A stretch of DNA of 64,000 bases from Candidatus Latescibacterota bacterium (GCA_965223905.1 CBDCXV010000001.1:160001-224000); one strand, 5' to 3'; shown: positions 27,101-36,595, counted from the first letter of the stretch. Program-made: numbers and translations. Notes: generated by a model not told the origin, from the sequence alone.

Positions 27101-28130
27101 GCGGCGCACCGACTGGAAACCGGAGGCGATTCCCGAGCATCTGCGCCTGCGCGTCGAGGTCCGTGGGAGCGACGGTCAGGCGGTGGCGGCAGGGCGGGAC
27201 CTCGAGCAGCTGAGCGCGAAGCTGCAACGCCACGACACCCCGGTCGAGCAGGATGCCTGGCGAAAGGCGGCGGCCCGTTGGGAGCGGGACGACATGACCT
27301 CCTGGGATTGCGGCGACCTTCCGGAGAAGGTCGAGGTGAGCGAGATCGCCGGCATCCCGCTGCTCGCCTATCCGGGGCTGCTGTGCCGCGGCGAGGGAGT
27401 CGGCCTGCGCCTCTTCAGGAAACGGGCGGATGCCGAGCAGGCGAGCCGGGAGGGTATCGTCCGACTGTCGGAGCTGGTGCTGAAGGAGCAGATGCGGCAG
27501 TTGCGCAGGGACTTGGCCGAGCTGCGGCGGTTGCAACCCCTCTGGGCCTCATTCGGGGGGGCCTCCGAGCTCGAGCAGCAGGCATACACCTGCCTGCTCC
27601 GCTACCTGTTCGGACGCCAGCCGGCCATCCCCCTGAGCCGTGAGAGTTTCGAGGAGGGCTGCTGGCAGGCCCGCCGGAAACTGGCCGGGGCCGCCGAAAA
27701 AATGGTCGGCCTGGTCGAGACCTTGCTGGAAACCCGCCGCCTGATCGTCACCTGTCCCCAGCCTTACCCCGGGATGGAGGAGGACCTGGACCGGCTGTTG
27801 CCGCCCGGTTTTCTCGCCGCCGCCGATTTCGAACGGCTGCCCCATCTGTGCCGCTATCTCAAGGGAGTTTTCGTGCGCGCCGACCGCGCCCGCGGCGATG
27901 CCGCCAGAGACTGCCGCAAGGCGCAACTAATCACGCCCTATCAGCACGCTCTCGACGAGCTTTCGTCCGCTGCCGACCCTGCGAATGGAGAGCACCTGCG
28001 GAGGATCGAGGAGTTCCGCCGGCTCCTGGAGGAGTGGCGCATATCGGTATTCGCCCAGGAGCTGGGCACAGCAGGCAAGGTGTCGGCACGACGGCTCGAC
28101 AAGAAACTCGAGGAAATCAGGAAGGTGTAG
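24180..28130 (+). CDS. hrpA: ATP-dependent RNA helicase HrpA
   Basis: GETGSGKTTQLPK, TQPRRVAA, DEAHERS, SAT, TNIAETSLT, QRKGRCGR and C-terminal EEWRISVFAQEL. Confidence 0.95.
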   Translation: MPMPDDADPVADLEAALDDCLLGDRVHIGRRLKDLRSAPSGGSHGSQSRELDRLRERVEASRRLRSERLRLIPAVSYPEELPITARKEEILRAIAGHQVVVVAGETGSGKTTQLPKICLEAGRGRDARIVCTQPRRVAALSLSRRLAEELGVTWGREVGCKIRFRDRTESETLIKLVTDGMLLSEIRGDPDLLEYDTVILDEAHERSLNIDFLLGYLRLLLKRRPGLKLVITSATIDVEKFSRAFGGAPVVEVSGRMYPVEVRYRPLEEILGEGEELSYTDAAVAEVQQLLDESPSGDVLVFMPGERDIRETSDLLHHRLAKRNVEILPLFSRLTAAEQQRVFDRRGRRRVVVATNIAETSLTIPGIRYVVDPGLARINRYNPRTHTQRLPIEAISRSSAEQRKGRCGRVAEGVCVRLYSEEEFLARPEYTAPEIQRSDLADIILRMLDLQLGKVEEFPFVDPPSPRAINSGYVQLQELGALDSGRRLTRLGRDMARLPIAPTVSRMILQAQAEGALSELLVIAAAIGIQDPRERPLAHRDEADRTHRQFVDRHSDFLTLLNIWNRYHERFEQLETQSQMRKFCRSHFLSFTRMREWRDIHAQLTEVLSELGGFRLQPGRRPAGYEAIHRSIVTGLLSSIARKKEHNLYRAARSRDVMLFPGSGLFVRREAAAGKDEREVQAEGAPPEWIVAAEIVETSRLFARTAARIREGWLPDLGGHLCRSSYGDPYWSRSAGRVLVQETVHLHGLQIARRRVPGQQVKPREAAEVFIRDALVAGDVDTPREFLARNRQLADRIETWQTRTRRTAIDVDEAVRRFYASRLEEDFSSVHDLNRIVNARPDGDRFLHMEEADLLGAGEASFDRDAFPDRIELDGEAVELAYAYEPGREEDGITVRLPYRLMDAINPELLDWLVPGVREERITCLLRSLPKQKRKQLLPIPQTARRIAAELEPTHPSFLESLKEHLADRYRLQVRRTDWKPEAIPEHLRLRVEVRGSDGQAVAAGRDLEQLSAKLQRHDTPVEQDAWRKAAARWERDDMTSWDCGDLPEKVEVSEIAGIPLLAYPGLLCRGEGVGLRLFRKRADAEQASREGIVRLSELVLKEQMRQLRRDLAELRRLQPLWASFGGASELEQQAYTCLLRYLFGRQPAIPLSRESFEEGCWQARRKLAGAAEKMVGLVETLLETRRLIVTCPQPYPGMEEDLDRLLPPGFLAAADFERLPHLCRYLKGVFVRADRARGDAARDCRKAQLITPYQHALDELSSAADPANGEHLRRIEEFRRLLEEWRISVFAQELGTAGKVSARRLDKKLEEIRKV

Positions 28131-28133
28131 CCG

Positions 28134-28430
28134 ATGTCCAAATCCATCCATACTTCGCCAAGTCCGCCGAGTGTGTGGTCCCGGCAAAAGGGCGAGATCG
28201 TTGTCGAACTCACACCAGATCAAGTCGATTTCCTGAACCGGCGTCTACGAGGGCAAGGGGGCTACCAATCCCTTCTCGCACGGCTCCAGAGCAACATTAA
28301 CAGAAACTTTCTCAGACTGACGCAGGACGACTGCGAGAAAGTGGTCCGCTATGCCACGCAATACGGGCAAGGCGGCTTCCAAGAACGCCTGAAATCCATT
28401 GTTCAACTAGCGGAACAATTCAACGCTTGA
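28134..28430 (+). CDS. Small hypothetical protein with a duplicated GQGG(Y/F)Q motif
   Basis: Fills the gap between hrpA and the methyltransferase. Contains GQGGYQSLL and GQGGFQERL. Start uncertain. Confidence 0.65.
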   Translation: MSKSIHTSPSPPSVWSRQKGEIVVELTPDQVDFLNRRLRGQGGYQSLLARLQSNINRNFLRLTQDDCEKVVRYATQYGQGGFQERLKSIVQLAEQFNA

Positions 28431-28449
28431 TTTTGCCGACTGAGACAAA

Positions 28450-29346
28450 ATGGAGACAACTGAGTTCCGGCATACATCACAAGGCGGCGAAATCATCCTC
28501 CATCGGCGGGACTGCATCTCGGGAATGCAGGAGCTGCTGAAGCCTGAGTCGATCGACGTCGTGGTGACCTCGCCCCCCTACAACCTCGGGGTCGCCTACC
28601 GGTCCTACGACGACACCGCCCCGCGAAATGAGTACCTCGACTGGATCGAGGCCTGGGGAGAGGCGCTCCACAGGGTATTGAGCCGCCGCGGATCGCTGTT
28701 CCTCAACGTGTCGGGAAAACCGTCGGATCCCTGGGGGCCCTTCGAGATTCTTCAGCGGCTACGGAACCGGTTCGCACTTCAGAACACGCTGCATTGGATA
28801 AAATCGATCGCAATCGACGCGGACCTCGTAGGGAGCACCAGTGCGCTCGCGACGAACGTCGCAGTCGGCCACTACAAGCCGATAAACAGCAGGCGTTACG
28901 TAAACGACTGCCACGAATACATCTTCCACCTGACCAAGTTCGGCGATGTCGAATTGGATCGACTCGCAGTCGGAGTAGAGTACCAGGACAAGTCCAACGT
29001 GGACAGATGGTCGGGAGCAAAGGATGACCTGCGCTGCCGCGGCAACACCTGGTTCATTCCGTACCGGACGATTCAGAGCCGCGACCGGGAACGGCCGCAC
29101 CCTGCAACGTTTCCGGTCAGGGTGCCCGAGATGTGCATCCGCCTGCACGGACTGCAACGAGTCGACCGCGCCATGGATCCATTCCTTGGGCTCGGACACA
29201 CCGCATTGGCATGCAAGGCACTGGGGGTCCCCTTCCTGGGCTTCGAGCTGGACGAAGGGTACTTCTCGGAGGCGTGCCATCTGCTTGAAAGCTTTGATCC
29301 CGCGCCGATGGAAAGTCGGTCCCAGGATCAGTTATCCCTTTTCTGA
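28450..29346 (+). CDS. Site-specific DNA methyltransferase, beta class, probably N4-cytosine (M.MjaV-like)
   Basis: Catalytic TSPPY precedes SAM-binding DPFLGLG (beta order). VGHYKPINS, HEYIFH, RGNTWFIPY and HPATFP recall M.MjaV from memory. Confidence 0.9.
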   Translation: METTEFRHTSQGGEIILHRRDCISGMQELLKPESIDVVVTSPPYNLGVAYRSYDDTAPRNEYLDWIEAWGEALHRVLSRRGSLFLNVSGKPSDPWGPFEILQRLRNRFALQNTLHWIKSIAIDADLVGSTSALATNVAVGHYKPINSRRYVNDCHEYIFHLTKFGDVELDRLAVGVEYQDKSNVDRWSGAKDDLRCRGNTWFIPYRTIQSRDRERPHPATFPVRVPEMCIRLHGLQRVDRAMDPFLGLGHTALACKALGVPFLGFELDEGYFSEACHLLESFDPAPMESRSQDQLSLF

Positions 29347-29356
29347 AGGAAAAAAC

Positions 29357-29482
29357 GTGGCAGGGTTAAGCGGGGCGCTCGGCAACCAGATCGCCAAGAC
29401 CAACAAGAGCCTTGAATCCCGCTTCACGTGGCTCATAACCATAATGGTGGCGCTAGGCTTCCTCATCGCCGTTATCAAATGA
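29357..29482 (+). CDS. 41-aa coiled-coil plus TM peptide, possibly a gene remnant
   Basis: AAGGA RBS and GTG start. Reads ...KTNKSLESRFTWLITIMVALGFLIAVIK. Confidence 0.35.
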   Translation: MAGLSGALGNQIAKTNKSLESRFTWLITIMVALGFLIAVIK

Positions 29483-29677
29483 GATGGGTCGCTCCGTCGG
29501 GAAAACCACGGCTTCGAATTTCGACCTCTTGCAACTGCTCAGCGTCCTGACTGTTAGTGAAGGAGACCCGATTTCAGGAAGAATAACCATGCCTGAGTAG
29601 CCCCCCTTTGCTGTTGGGTCTTCGTTTCCTTCCTCAAATTCACTCACATGGCAGATCCAGAGATGGAGTCAAACTTC

Positions 29678-30102
29678 ATGCCAACAGATTCCAAGACTAT
29701 TGCTGAATCGGTACAACAGCTCACAGACAGCATCTTGAAACTGAGTACGGCTCTCCTGATTGTGCCAGTAGTTTTTCTCCGGTTTGTTGCTAAATCGGAC
29801 GAGTTACTTACCCAGAAGCTCTGCGGGGAGTCTACCCTGTAGGGAATCTGCTAAAGACCGGGATATTTGTTCCTCTTGGTGTGGGTATCGTTCTGGGACT
29901 ACTAGCAAAGTTCCAGTTAATGCACAAGCTCAATTCCGATTCGCTCGGATCCGGAAACGCCCTTTCAAAATCCATTCTTCTTCCTGCTTGGGGCTCTGGA
30001 ATCTGTCTTCTAATTGGACTTGCCTTTCTCATAGTCCTCTTTTACCAACTCCCAATTGACATCCCGGAACCGTTCAGATTGAATAGATCACATCTTGGCT
30101 GA
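29678..30102 (+). pseudogene. Frameshifted ~3-TM membrane protein in an AT-richer segment
   Basis: ORFs 29648-29842 and 29881-30102 join into one hydrophobic protein if one A is added to AAA at 29792-29794 (FVAK-IGRVTYPE...). Confidence 0.5.
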
Positions 30103-30240
30103 ATGTAAGTCCGTGTGGCTAGCATGCACCCCCTCGATGCAAAACATGATGGGCCAGTTGCCGGACACCCTGACCGACCCTGTCCCGGAAATGGAAGTGT
30201 CGGATTCGGTCCCCACATCATCACCTCGATACGCCCGCTC

Positions 30241-31041
30241 TCACACGTGGTCGGTCATCCACTCGAAACACTTCTCGAACCCCACCGCTCCCTCGGCCTC
30301 CTCTCCCTCGTACTCGACCGCCCAGACCCCGTCGTACCCGGCCTGTTTCACGCAGGCGACCGCGTGCCCGAGGTCGATTTCCCCTTCCCCCAGAACCATT
30401 CCCCGGTACTGCTGCCGCGAGCCGGTCCCGTCCTTTATATGGACGTGGAACACGTGCGGCGCCACCAACTCGTAGAAGCGGTTGCAGCGCTCCCGGTCCC
30501 AACCGGCCCAGCGGTAGTTCATGGTGTCGAGGTTGACCCCGAGCCGCTCGGACCCGACCCGTTCTATCAGGCTCACCTGCCACTCGCCGTCGTTGGTCGC
30601 CATCCCGTGGTTGTCGAGGGCGATGCGCACCCCTGAGGCCTCGGCGAAATCGCCGCAGCGCTTGAACGCCTCCAGCATCATGCCGTCCCACTGATCCCGG
30701 GGAACCTCCTCGCCCCAGCCGCCGTCGCTGCGCACGATGTCGGTGCCGGTGTGAGGTATCCATTCGCACAGCTTGCGGTAGCGGTCGATCTCCGCTTCCT
30801 GTTGCACTGGGTCCGCCCGGAGGAAGTTGTTGCCCGCCGAAACAGCGCTCACCGCCATGCCGTGGCGCTCGAGCATTTCCCGGACCATTACGGCAGCACG
30901 TTCGCCGCCCCGGGTTTCGTCCGGCCACACGTCCCGGAACTGCAACTCGCAGTAGCGGTAACCGATCTCGGCCGCCCTGGCGGCGAAACCCTCCAGGTCG
31001 TAGCCGCCCCAGTTGTGATGAACCACCCCTGTTTTCGCCAT
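30241..31041 (-). CDS. Sugar phosphate isomerase/epimerase (xylose isomerase-like TIM barrel)
   Basis: ALDNHG, NLDTMN, HVHIKD, LGEGEID and AVEYEG motifs. Confidence 0.88.
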   Translation of the reverse strand: MAKTGVVHHNWGGYDLEGFAARAAEIGYRYCELQFRDVWPDETRGGERAAVMVREMLERHGMAVSAVSAGNNFLRADPVQQEAEIDRYRKLCEWIPHTGTDIVRSDGGWGEEVPRDQWDGMMLEAFKRCGDFAEASGVRIALDNHGMATNDGEWQVSLIERVGSERLGVNLDTMNYRWAGWDRERCNRFYELVAPHVFHVHIKDGTGSRQQYRGMVLGEGEIDLGHAVACVKQAGYDGVWAVEYEGEEAEGAVGFEKCFEWMTDHV

Positions 31042-31060
31042 GTTCCGTGTCCTCATCGGT

Positions 31061-32017
31061 TCAGTAAAGGCGGAAGACCGCGGTCTGCAGCGGCAGCACC
31101 CGCATCTCGAGGCCGCCGTCCGCCCTTGCCGACCACCGCAACGCGGACCCCTCCGGTGCCAACCCGGGGGCGCGGTAGGAGTCGAACAGCAGCTCCATCG
31201 GCGCCGCCCGCCTCCGCAGGTAGTCGAAGCGGCAGGTGACCGCTCGCGCCGCCCGGTGGTCGAGGTTGTGAATCATCAGAAGGGCGCTTTCGCAATCGTA
31301 GCGCACGTACCCGAACACCCGGTCTTCCGGGTCTCCCCCTTCAAAGCTGTTGCGATGGTAATGGACTGCTCCCGTGGGAATCGGCGTCCACTCCGGCAGC
31401 CTGCGATACAGGGCTGAGTAGGCCCGCTCGCATCGGGCTCCCACCTTGCGCACGCACACTTCCATCACCGGCGGGCAGGCCGCCACCCAGTCCGGGCTGA
31501 CGGCGATAACGCGGTCGCGGTTTTCGCCGATGTCGTTGAGAGGGATCCACTCCTTTTCGCCGGTGCCGGTTGCGAAGGAATCGGCCGAAAACTCCGCGGT
31601 GCAGGTATGGACCCGCGTCTCCTGCAGCTGCAAGGAAGGGGACTCGAATACCAGGTTGCCGTCCGCCAGCTCGGGATCCCCGGACGGGTTGCAGACGAGA
31701 TTCATCGGAAGAAAGCGGCCGGCCCCCGGCGTTCCGGGCCGATCGATCCGCAGGCGCACATCGACGTCGGCTGCCCGTACGCGTATCGCCTCGACCTCGG
31801 CAACAAACAGCTCGACCCGGACCTTGGCTTCGACCTGGGGTTTTCCCGGACCGACATAGCCTCGCGCAAGAACCGAATCGAAGCGCTGACCGTCGAGCTG
31901 AATCGTGAGGTTTCCCGCCCAGACCACCCAGTTGTCGAAGGCGCCAGGGGCAAAGCGGCGGTGGAGCTGATCGAAGAAGATGGCGCGGCTGCCCTCGGCG
32001 GCCGCAACGGCGGTCAC
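31061..32017 (-). CDS. GH13/alpha-amylase-like protein apparently lacking most of the catalytic barrel
   Basis: SPDWV...VMEVCVR (barrel beta-1-like) is followed almost directly by an amylase C-domain-like segment (VFGYVR...LLMIHNLD...VLPLQTAVFRL). Confidence 0.5.
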   Translation of the reverse strand: MTAVAAAEGSRAIFFDQLHRRFAPGAFDNWVVWAGNLTIQLDGQRFDSVLARGYVGPGKPQVEAKVRVELFVAEVEAIRVRAADVDVRLRIDRPGTPGAGRFLPMNLVCNPSGDPELADGNLVFESPSLQLQETRVHTCTAEFSADSFATGTGEKEWIPLNDIGENRDRVIAVSPDWVAACPPVMEVCVRKVGARCERAYSALYRRLPEWTPIPTGAVHYHRNSFEGGDPEDRVFGYVRYDCESALLMIHNLDHRAARAVTCRFDYLRRRAAPMELLFDSYRAPGLAPEGSALRWSARADGGLEMRVLPLQTAVFRLY

Positions 32018-32018
32018 T

Positions 32019-33002
32019 TCAGTGGGCCTCGCGGTAGTGTGCTTTCAGGAGGTCTTCGCCGAAGTCGTTGTGCAGATCCCGCCACACTGCGTGGATGTGG
32101 TTGGCGTCGTTTTGCGTGTTGTCGTACTCGGCCAGGAAGACCGGTCCCTGCACCCGGTAATAGTGCCCCTCGCCGCGCTCCGCGGGGCCTGCCCAGGCAA
32201 AGCGGGCTTTTGCGTAGTCGGCGTGCTCCAGCCTGGCGTGCTCCACTGCGGCGACGGCTTCGGGCAGGCGGTCGACGTAGACGGCGACCAGGTCCTTGAG
32301 CTGCCGGAGCTGCGCGGCGTTCATGTCGGTGCCGGCCAATCCTTCGGGCTTCACTTCTCCGCGGACGTGGGGGACGGCCCTGGTGAGGATGTCGGAAGGC
32401 GCCTCCCGGGCCACGACCGCCTCCCGGCGCTGCTCGCCGTCGAGATCGATCAACAGCGCCCTCGCCATCTCCTCCTCCTCCTTCAGGGCCCGCAAGCCCT
32501 GGCGCGCACCGTGGCGCACTTCGGCAGGGTTGGCGCCGAAGAAAACCGGGCTGGCTGAAATCAGCTCGCCGTGGAGAACCGTGTTGTTCAGCGAGATGTG
32601 ATGGCCCTCGAAGCGCCACCCCCACGCCCCTTCGTCCCCGGGGGTTCCGAACAAGGTCACGTAATACAGGCCGGGATCGCGCGCGAACTTCCGTCCATCC
32701 CCTTCGACCTCTGCAAGGATCGGTTCGAGCTCGATGATGGTGTTGGCGCGCCGGTGGGCGGCGGAGCTCAGGCCGGTGTGGATCAGGTTCTGGGTGAGGC
32801 TGCGCTGCCGGGAATCCATCTCCTTGAGAGGCAGCCCGGTCCGGTCGCGGGGGATGTAGTGCCAGTTCTCCCGTTCCTCATCCTCGAAATCCAGCACCGC
32901 CTTGACGCGCTGATCGGAGCTGAAGGTTGCGAGCAACGCAGCCGCGGCGTCGGCCATGCGCCTCGCCGTCTCTGTCCGCACCAAGCTGTCTTCGGCTGTC
33001 AA
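32019..33002 (-). CDS. DUF3500 family protein
   Basis: WHYIP, WGWRFEGHHISLN, YYRVQGP and EYDNTQNDANHIHAVWRD. Confidence 0.92.
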   Translation of the reverse strand: MTAEDSLVRTETARRMADAAAALLATFSSDQRVKAVLDFEDEERENWHYIPRDRTGLPLKEMDSRQRSLTQNLIHTGLSSAAHRRANTIIELEPILAEVEGDGRKFARDPGLYYVTLFGTPGDEGAWGWRFEGHHISLNNTVLHGELISASPVFFGANPAEVRHGARQGLRALKEEEEMARALLIDLDGEQRREAVVAREAPSDILTRAVPHVRGEVKPEGLAGTDMNAAQLRQLKDLVAVYVDRLPEAVAAVEHARLEHADYAKARFAWAGPAERGEGHYYRVQGPVFLAEYDNTQNDANHIHAVWRDLHNDFGEDLLKAHYREAH

Positions 33003-33772
33003 GATATACCTCGTTTCTTTGACTGGTCGGTGGGAGTCCTTGTGCTCAAGTCGTCGTCGAGGTCAATCGTCGCGACCTCCTCGCCGGGAATCGCCACGGC
33101 AATGCGCAGGAAGTCGAGCGGGGCACTGTCGGGGTTGTAGATGCCGTGACCCTTTCCGATGCCCTGATAGGTCACGGACCCGGATCCGACCGCGAAGGTC
33201 TCCCCGTCGACGGTCATGTAGCCGCGGCCCCCGAGAACGACGAAGCACTCCTCGAGGGCCTCGTGAAAGTGGTAGCCGACCGCGCTTCCCGGAGACAGAA
33301 TCGCGTGGTCGAGAAAGGTCCAGCTGCTGGAAAAATCACCGGGCCCCCAGATGTGGCGGGTCGCAATTTCTCCGCCCCCCCCGTGGATGGACGGCCGCCT
33401 CGTCAGCTTTCCGGCATCGACCGAGTCGACCCGCAGGTGACCGAGCGACGGCGCCTCCGCAAGGTCGACGACTATCGAGAGGGCGGTGCAGGTCCCTGCC
33501 GTCGCCCGCAGGCGGGAGGCTCCCGTGGCCACGACCGCTGCAGTTTCCCCGACCTCTGCGACGGTGCCGTTGGCTTCGAAACACGCCTTCCCCCTCAGAA
33601 CGAGGAACCCCTGCTCACAATCGTCGTCGGGCAATTCGGCGGCTTCCCCCGGAGGGAGCTCCACGAGATCGAAGATCCGCCACGGAGTGGCGAAAGCCGC
33701 CCCGGGAAAGACCGGTCGCGAGCTCGCCTTGCTGATCTCCCTTTCAAATGGAAGTTGTGCGTGTCTGACCAC
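32999..33772 (-). CDS. Bicupin-like protein
   Basis: C-terminal cupin metal motif YHFHEALEE...GHGIYN and a degenerate N-terminal cupin. Start GTG 33772 is estimated. Confidence 0.75.
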   Translation of the reverse strand: MVRHAQLPFEREISKASSRPVFPGAAFATPWRIFDLVELPPGEAAELPDDDCEQGFLVLRGKACFEANGTVAEVGETAAVVATGASRLRATAGTCTALSIVVDLAEAPSLGHLRVDSVDAGKLTRRPSIHGGGGEIATRHIWGPGDFSSSWTFLDHAILSPGSAVGYHFHEALEECFVVLGGRGYMTVDGETFAVGSGSVTYQGIGKGHGIYNPDSAPLDFLRIAVAIPGEEVATIDLDDDLSTRTPTDQSKKRGIS

Positions 33773-34188
33773 CTGATTTGCCCTGCCTCTTCCGGGTAGG
33801 CGCAAAAAGTATGGGCAGCTCCGGCGCCGGCGCCACTGAAGCGACCTCCGAAACCCGGCGCCCCGCAGCCCATGGCGAGGCCCCTTCGATTGCGAGGACG
33901 GGCCACAGGCGCCCGATACCGGGATGGCCACGTTTCTCAGTAACCGGAATGTTGTGGGGACCGAGCGCCCCCGAGTGATCGCAAGGGGACGCCGGCTGCC
34001 CGACTGCCTGCTTGCCACGCCACACAGGCCAAAGGGGCAGTGCGGAATCCGCTCTGCTACAGGGCTGGTTCTGCCTTGAAGGGGAGAGCCCTGCTAAATG
34101 GGATGCCGCCGAGCAGACCGATTCCGGCAGGTCGGCAGCCAGGTTGTAATTGAATCGTGGACACCTGGCCTTCCCGACTGAGTCGCCG

Positions 34189-34668
34189 TCAACGAGCGGT
34201 GCAACGGGCCTCGTGGGCGAGCAGGAATTCCTTGATTTCCATCCCGCCGGAATAGCCGGTAAGGCTGCCGTCGCTGCCGACGACTCGGTGGCACGGGACG
34301 ATTATGGGGAGCGGATTGTTGCCGTTGGCTGCTCCGACGGCGCGACTCGCCTTCGGTCGGCAGACACGACGCGCGATTTCCCCGTACGATGCGGTCTCGG
34401 CGAAAGGAATTCGGGTCAGTTCGCTCCACACGGCCTGCTGGAAGGCGGTGCCACCTGGAGCCAGGGGCAGGTCGAACTGCGTCAGGTGTCCGGAGAAATA
34501 GGAATCGAGCTGCGCGCGGGCGCCGAATGCAGGCTCCGATGCGGCCATCCAGTCGGAAGCGGGCTCGACAGCCTTGCTCCCTTCGAGAAAGCTCACCCGG
34601 GTCAAACCGCGTTCCTTCCAGGCCAGAAGCAGGGCACCAAGCGGGCTTTCGATGGTCGCGTATTGCAC
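34189..34668 (-). CDS. ogt: Methylated-DNA-protein-cysteine methyltransferase
   Basis: GTAFQQAVW, SYGEIA, RAVGAANGNNP and PCHRV active site. Confidence 0.95.
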   Translation of the reverse strand: MQYATIESPLGALLLAWKERGLTRVSFLEGSKAVEPASDWMAASEPAFGARAQLDSYFSGHLTQFDLPLAPGGTAFQQAVWSELTRIPFAETASYGEIARRVCRPKASRAVGAANGNNPLPIIVPCHRVVGSDGSLTGYSGGMEIKEFLLAHEARCTAR

Positions 34669-34789
34669 CGAAGATGCCTGAGTTGAGTTCAGCCGGAGAT
34701 TGTGAAGCGAACACCATCGCCGGAGCAGCCCAGCCAGGGACTGCTTCGGACGCGTCTGGACCTAAGGCCGAGGATGGAGGGAGGCCCGC

Positions 34790-35053
34790 CTAACTCGCCG
34801 GTGACGGTTCTTCCTCGAAGTAATCGGTCCTGATCGTTTTCAGATAATCCTGAAGGGCGGCTCCGTCAGCAGGAAGATCGAGGACATCGGAAAAGGGCCA
34901 CATGTCTCCCTGGAGAAACTCCACGGCACTCATCTGGTCCTGACCGGTGGGGCCCGCAGCCATGTCTTTGATGGCTTGAAGGATGACTGCCGCAGCGAGG
35001 CGGCGGTGACCGTCAAACTGGGAGCGATACGCTGATTTACGTTCTTTTGCCAT
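34790..35053 (-). CDS. Small conserved hypothetical protein (RLAAAVILQAIKD motif)
   Basis: Stand-alone ORF downstream of an AT-rich stretch. Confidence 0.65.
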   Translation of the reverse strand: MAKERKSAYRSQFDGHRRLAAAVILQAIKDMAAGPTGQDQMSAVEFLQGDMWPFSDVLDLPADGAALQDYLKTIRTDYFEEEPSPAS

Positions 35054-35325
35054 TTCTCAAAGCCAGTATGGGAACATTCACAACCTGTATTTGGTCTTGA
35101 AATCGCAGCCTAAATCTAAGCATTGAAAGGACGTTTCGACAGGCTTTGAGATCCGGTTTTTTTGAATTTTCCGCGGACGTGCGAATCTTGGATCAGATGG
35201 CGCCGCGCGACCGGGAAATGGCGCAATCCATTTAATTTCAATCTGTTATGGAATTGTGGAAAAGCCCGGAATCACCTTGCTGTACCCCCGCAGAAGGACA
35301 GCTCTGACCTCCGGCGAAGCGATTC

Positions 35326-36589
35326 TCAGGCCAGGATCCCTATCACGCACCCGGTCAGCATAGTCGCCAGTGTTCCCGCAACCAGGGAGCGCAATCCGAG
35401 ACGGGCGAGATCGGGCCGTCTCTCCGGGGCGATCCCCCCGATTCCGCCGATCATGATCGCCACCGAACCGAAGTTGGCAAACCCGCACAGCGCATAGGTC
35501 GCCACGAGGAAGCCGCGAGGGCTCAGGGGTGCGGACTCGCTCGACATCATCCGGGAGAGCTTCAACGTAGGCGACGAATTCGTTCAGGATCGTCTTTAGC
35601 CCGAGCAGTTTTCCAACACTGGCCGCTTCCTGCCAGGTGATCCCCATGAACCAGGCCGGAATCCGGAACGCGGACCCCAGCCCCGCCTGCAGACTCCACG
35701 AACCCGCTGCAGCCCCGTTGACGAGTCTGTCCGCAAGCCCGACCAAGGCGTTGCCGAGAGCGACGAGACCGATGAATGCAATCAGCATCGCCAGGATATT
35801 GATGAAGAGGTGCATCCCTTCGGTCGCCCCGCGCGCGGCCGCGTCCAGGCCGTTGCCGGTGTCCTCTTCGGGCAGCTCGGCAACGACTCCGGCAGTCGCC
35901 GGTTCCCCTGTCTCGGGCATCATCAGCTTCGCCACGGCGATTGCCGCCGGGGCGCTGATGACGGAGGCGGTGAAAAGGTGGCCTGCAATTTCGGCATTCA
36001 CCCCGGACAGCATGCTGGCGTAGACGACCATGACCGTTCCCGCGATCGTCGCCATGCCTGCTGTCATCAGGCAGAAGAGCTCGCTCTGGGTCAGGCCTGC
36101 TACGTAGGGGCGAATCAGCAGCGGCGCTTCCGTCATACCGAGAAAGATGTTGGCGGAGACACCCACGGCCTCGGCACTGCTGATTCCGAAGGCCCGCTGC
36201 ATGAAACGGCTCATACCGCGGATCAGCCAGGGCAGGAACCGGTAGTGGTACAAAACCCTGGAAAGCGATGCGACGAATACGAGGATGGCGGCGATCTCGA
36301 GGGCAATCGTCGCTCCGTACGCGGCCGTGAAGTCAGGGTTCGAGAGCCCGGCGAACAGAAGCGACTCGTTCGCCTTCAGAGCCGTCTTACGGAGCAGGTC
36401 GGTAAGCCCCCCGATCAGGGCGAAAACCTGGTGGCGCAAGCCGGTATGCAGAAGCAGGGCAGCGAAACCCACCTGCATCGCCGCAGCGATGAGGAGGATG
36501 CGCACCGGAACTCCGCCGCGGCGGGAACCGCACGCCCAGGCGATCAGGAGCAGCACCCCGTACCCGAAAGCGCTGTGCAGGGCGGACAT
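35326..36589 (-). pseudogene. nupC: NupC/NupG (CNT) nucleoside transporter with a +1 frameshift near 35566
   Basis: ANIFLGMTEAPL, GMATIAG, SAPAA and KTILNEFVAY in one frame. YALCGFANFGS...LVAGTLAT continues in another. Could be a sequencing error. Confidence 0.85.
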
Positions 36590-36595
36590 CGACCT

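Noticed and set aside
33773-34188. Riboswitch or ncRNA in the long intergenic region
   Set aside because: Some hairpin potential but no recognisable Rfam consensus. An Infernal search would be needed.
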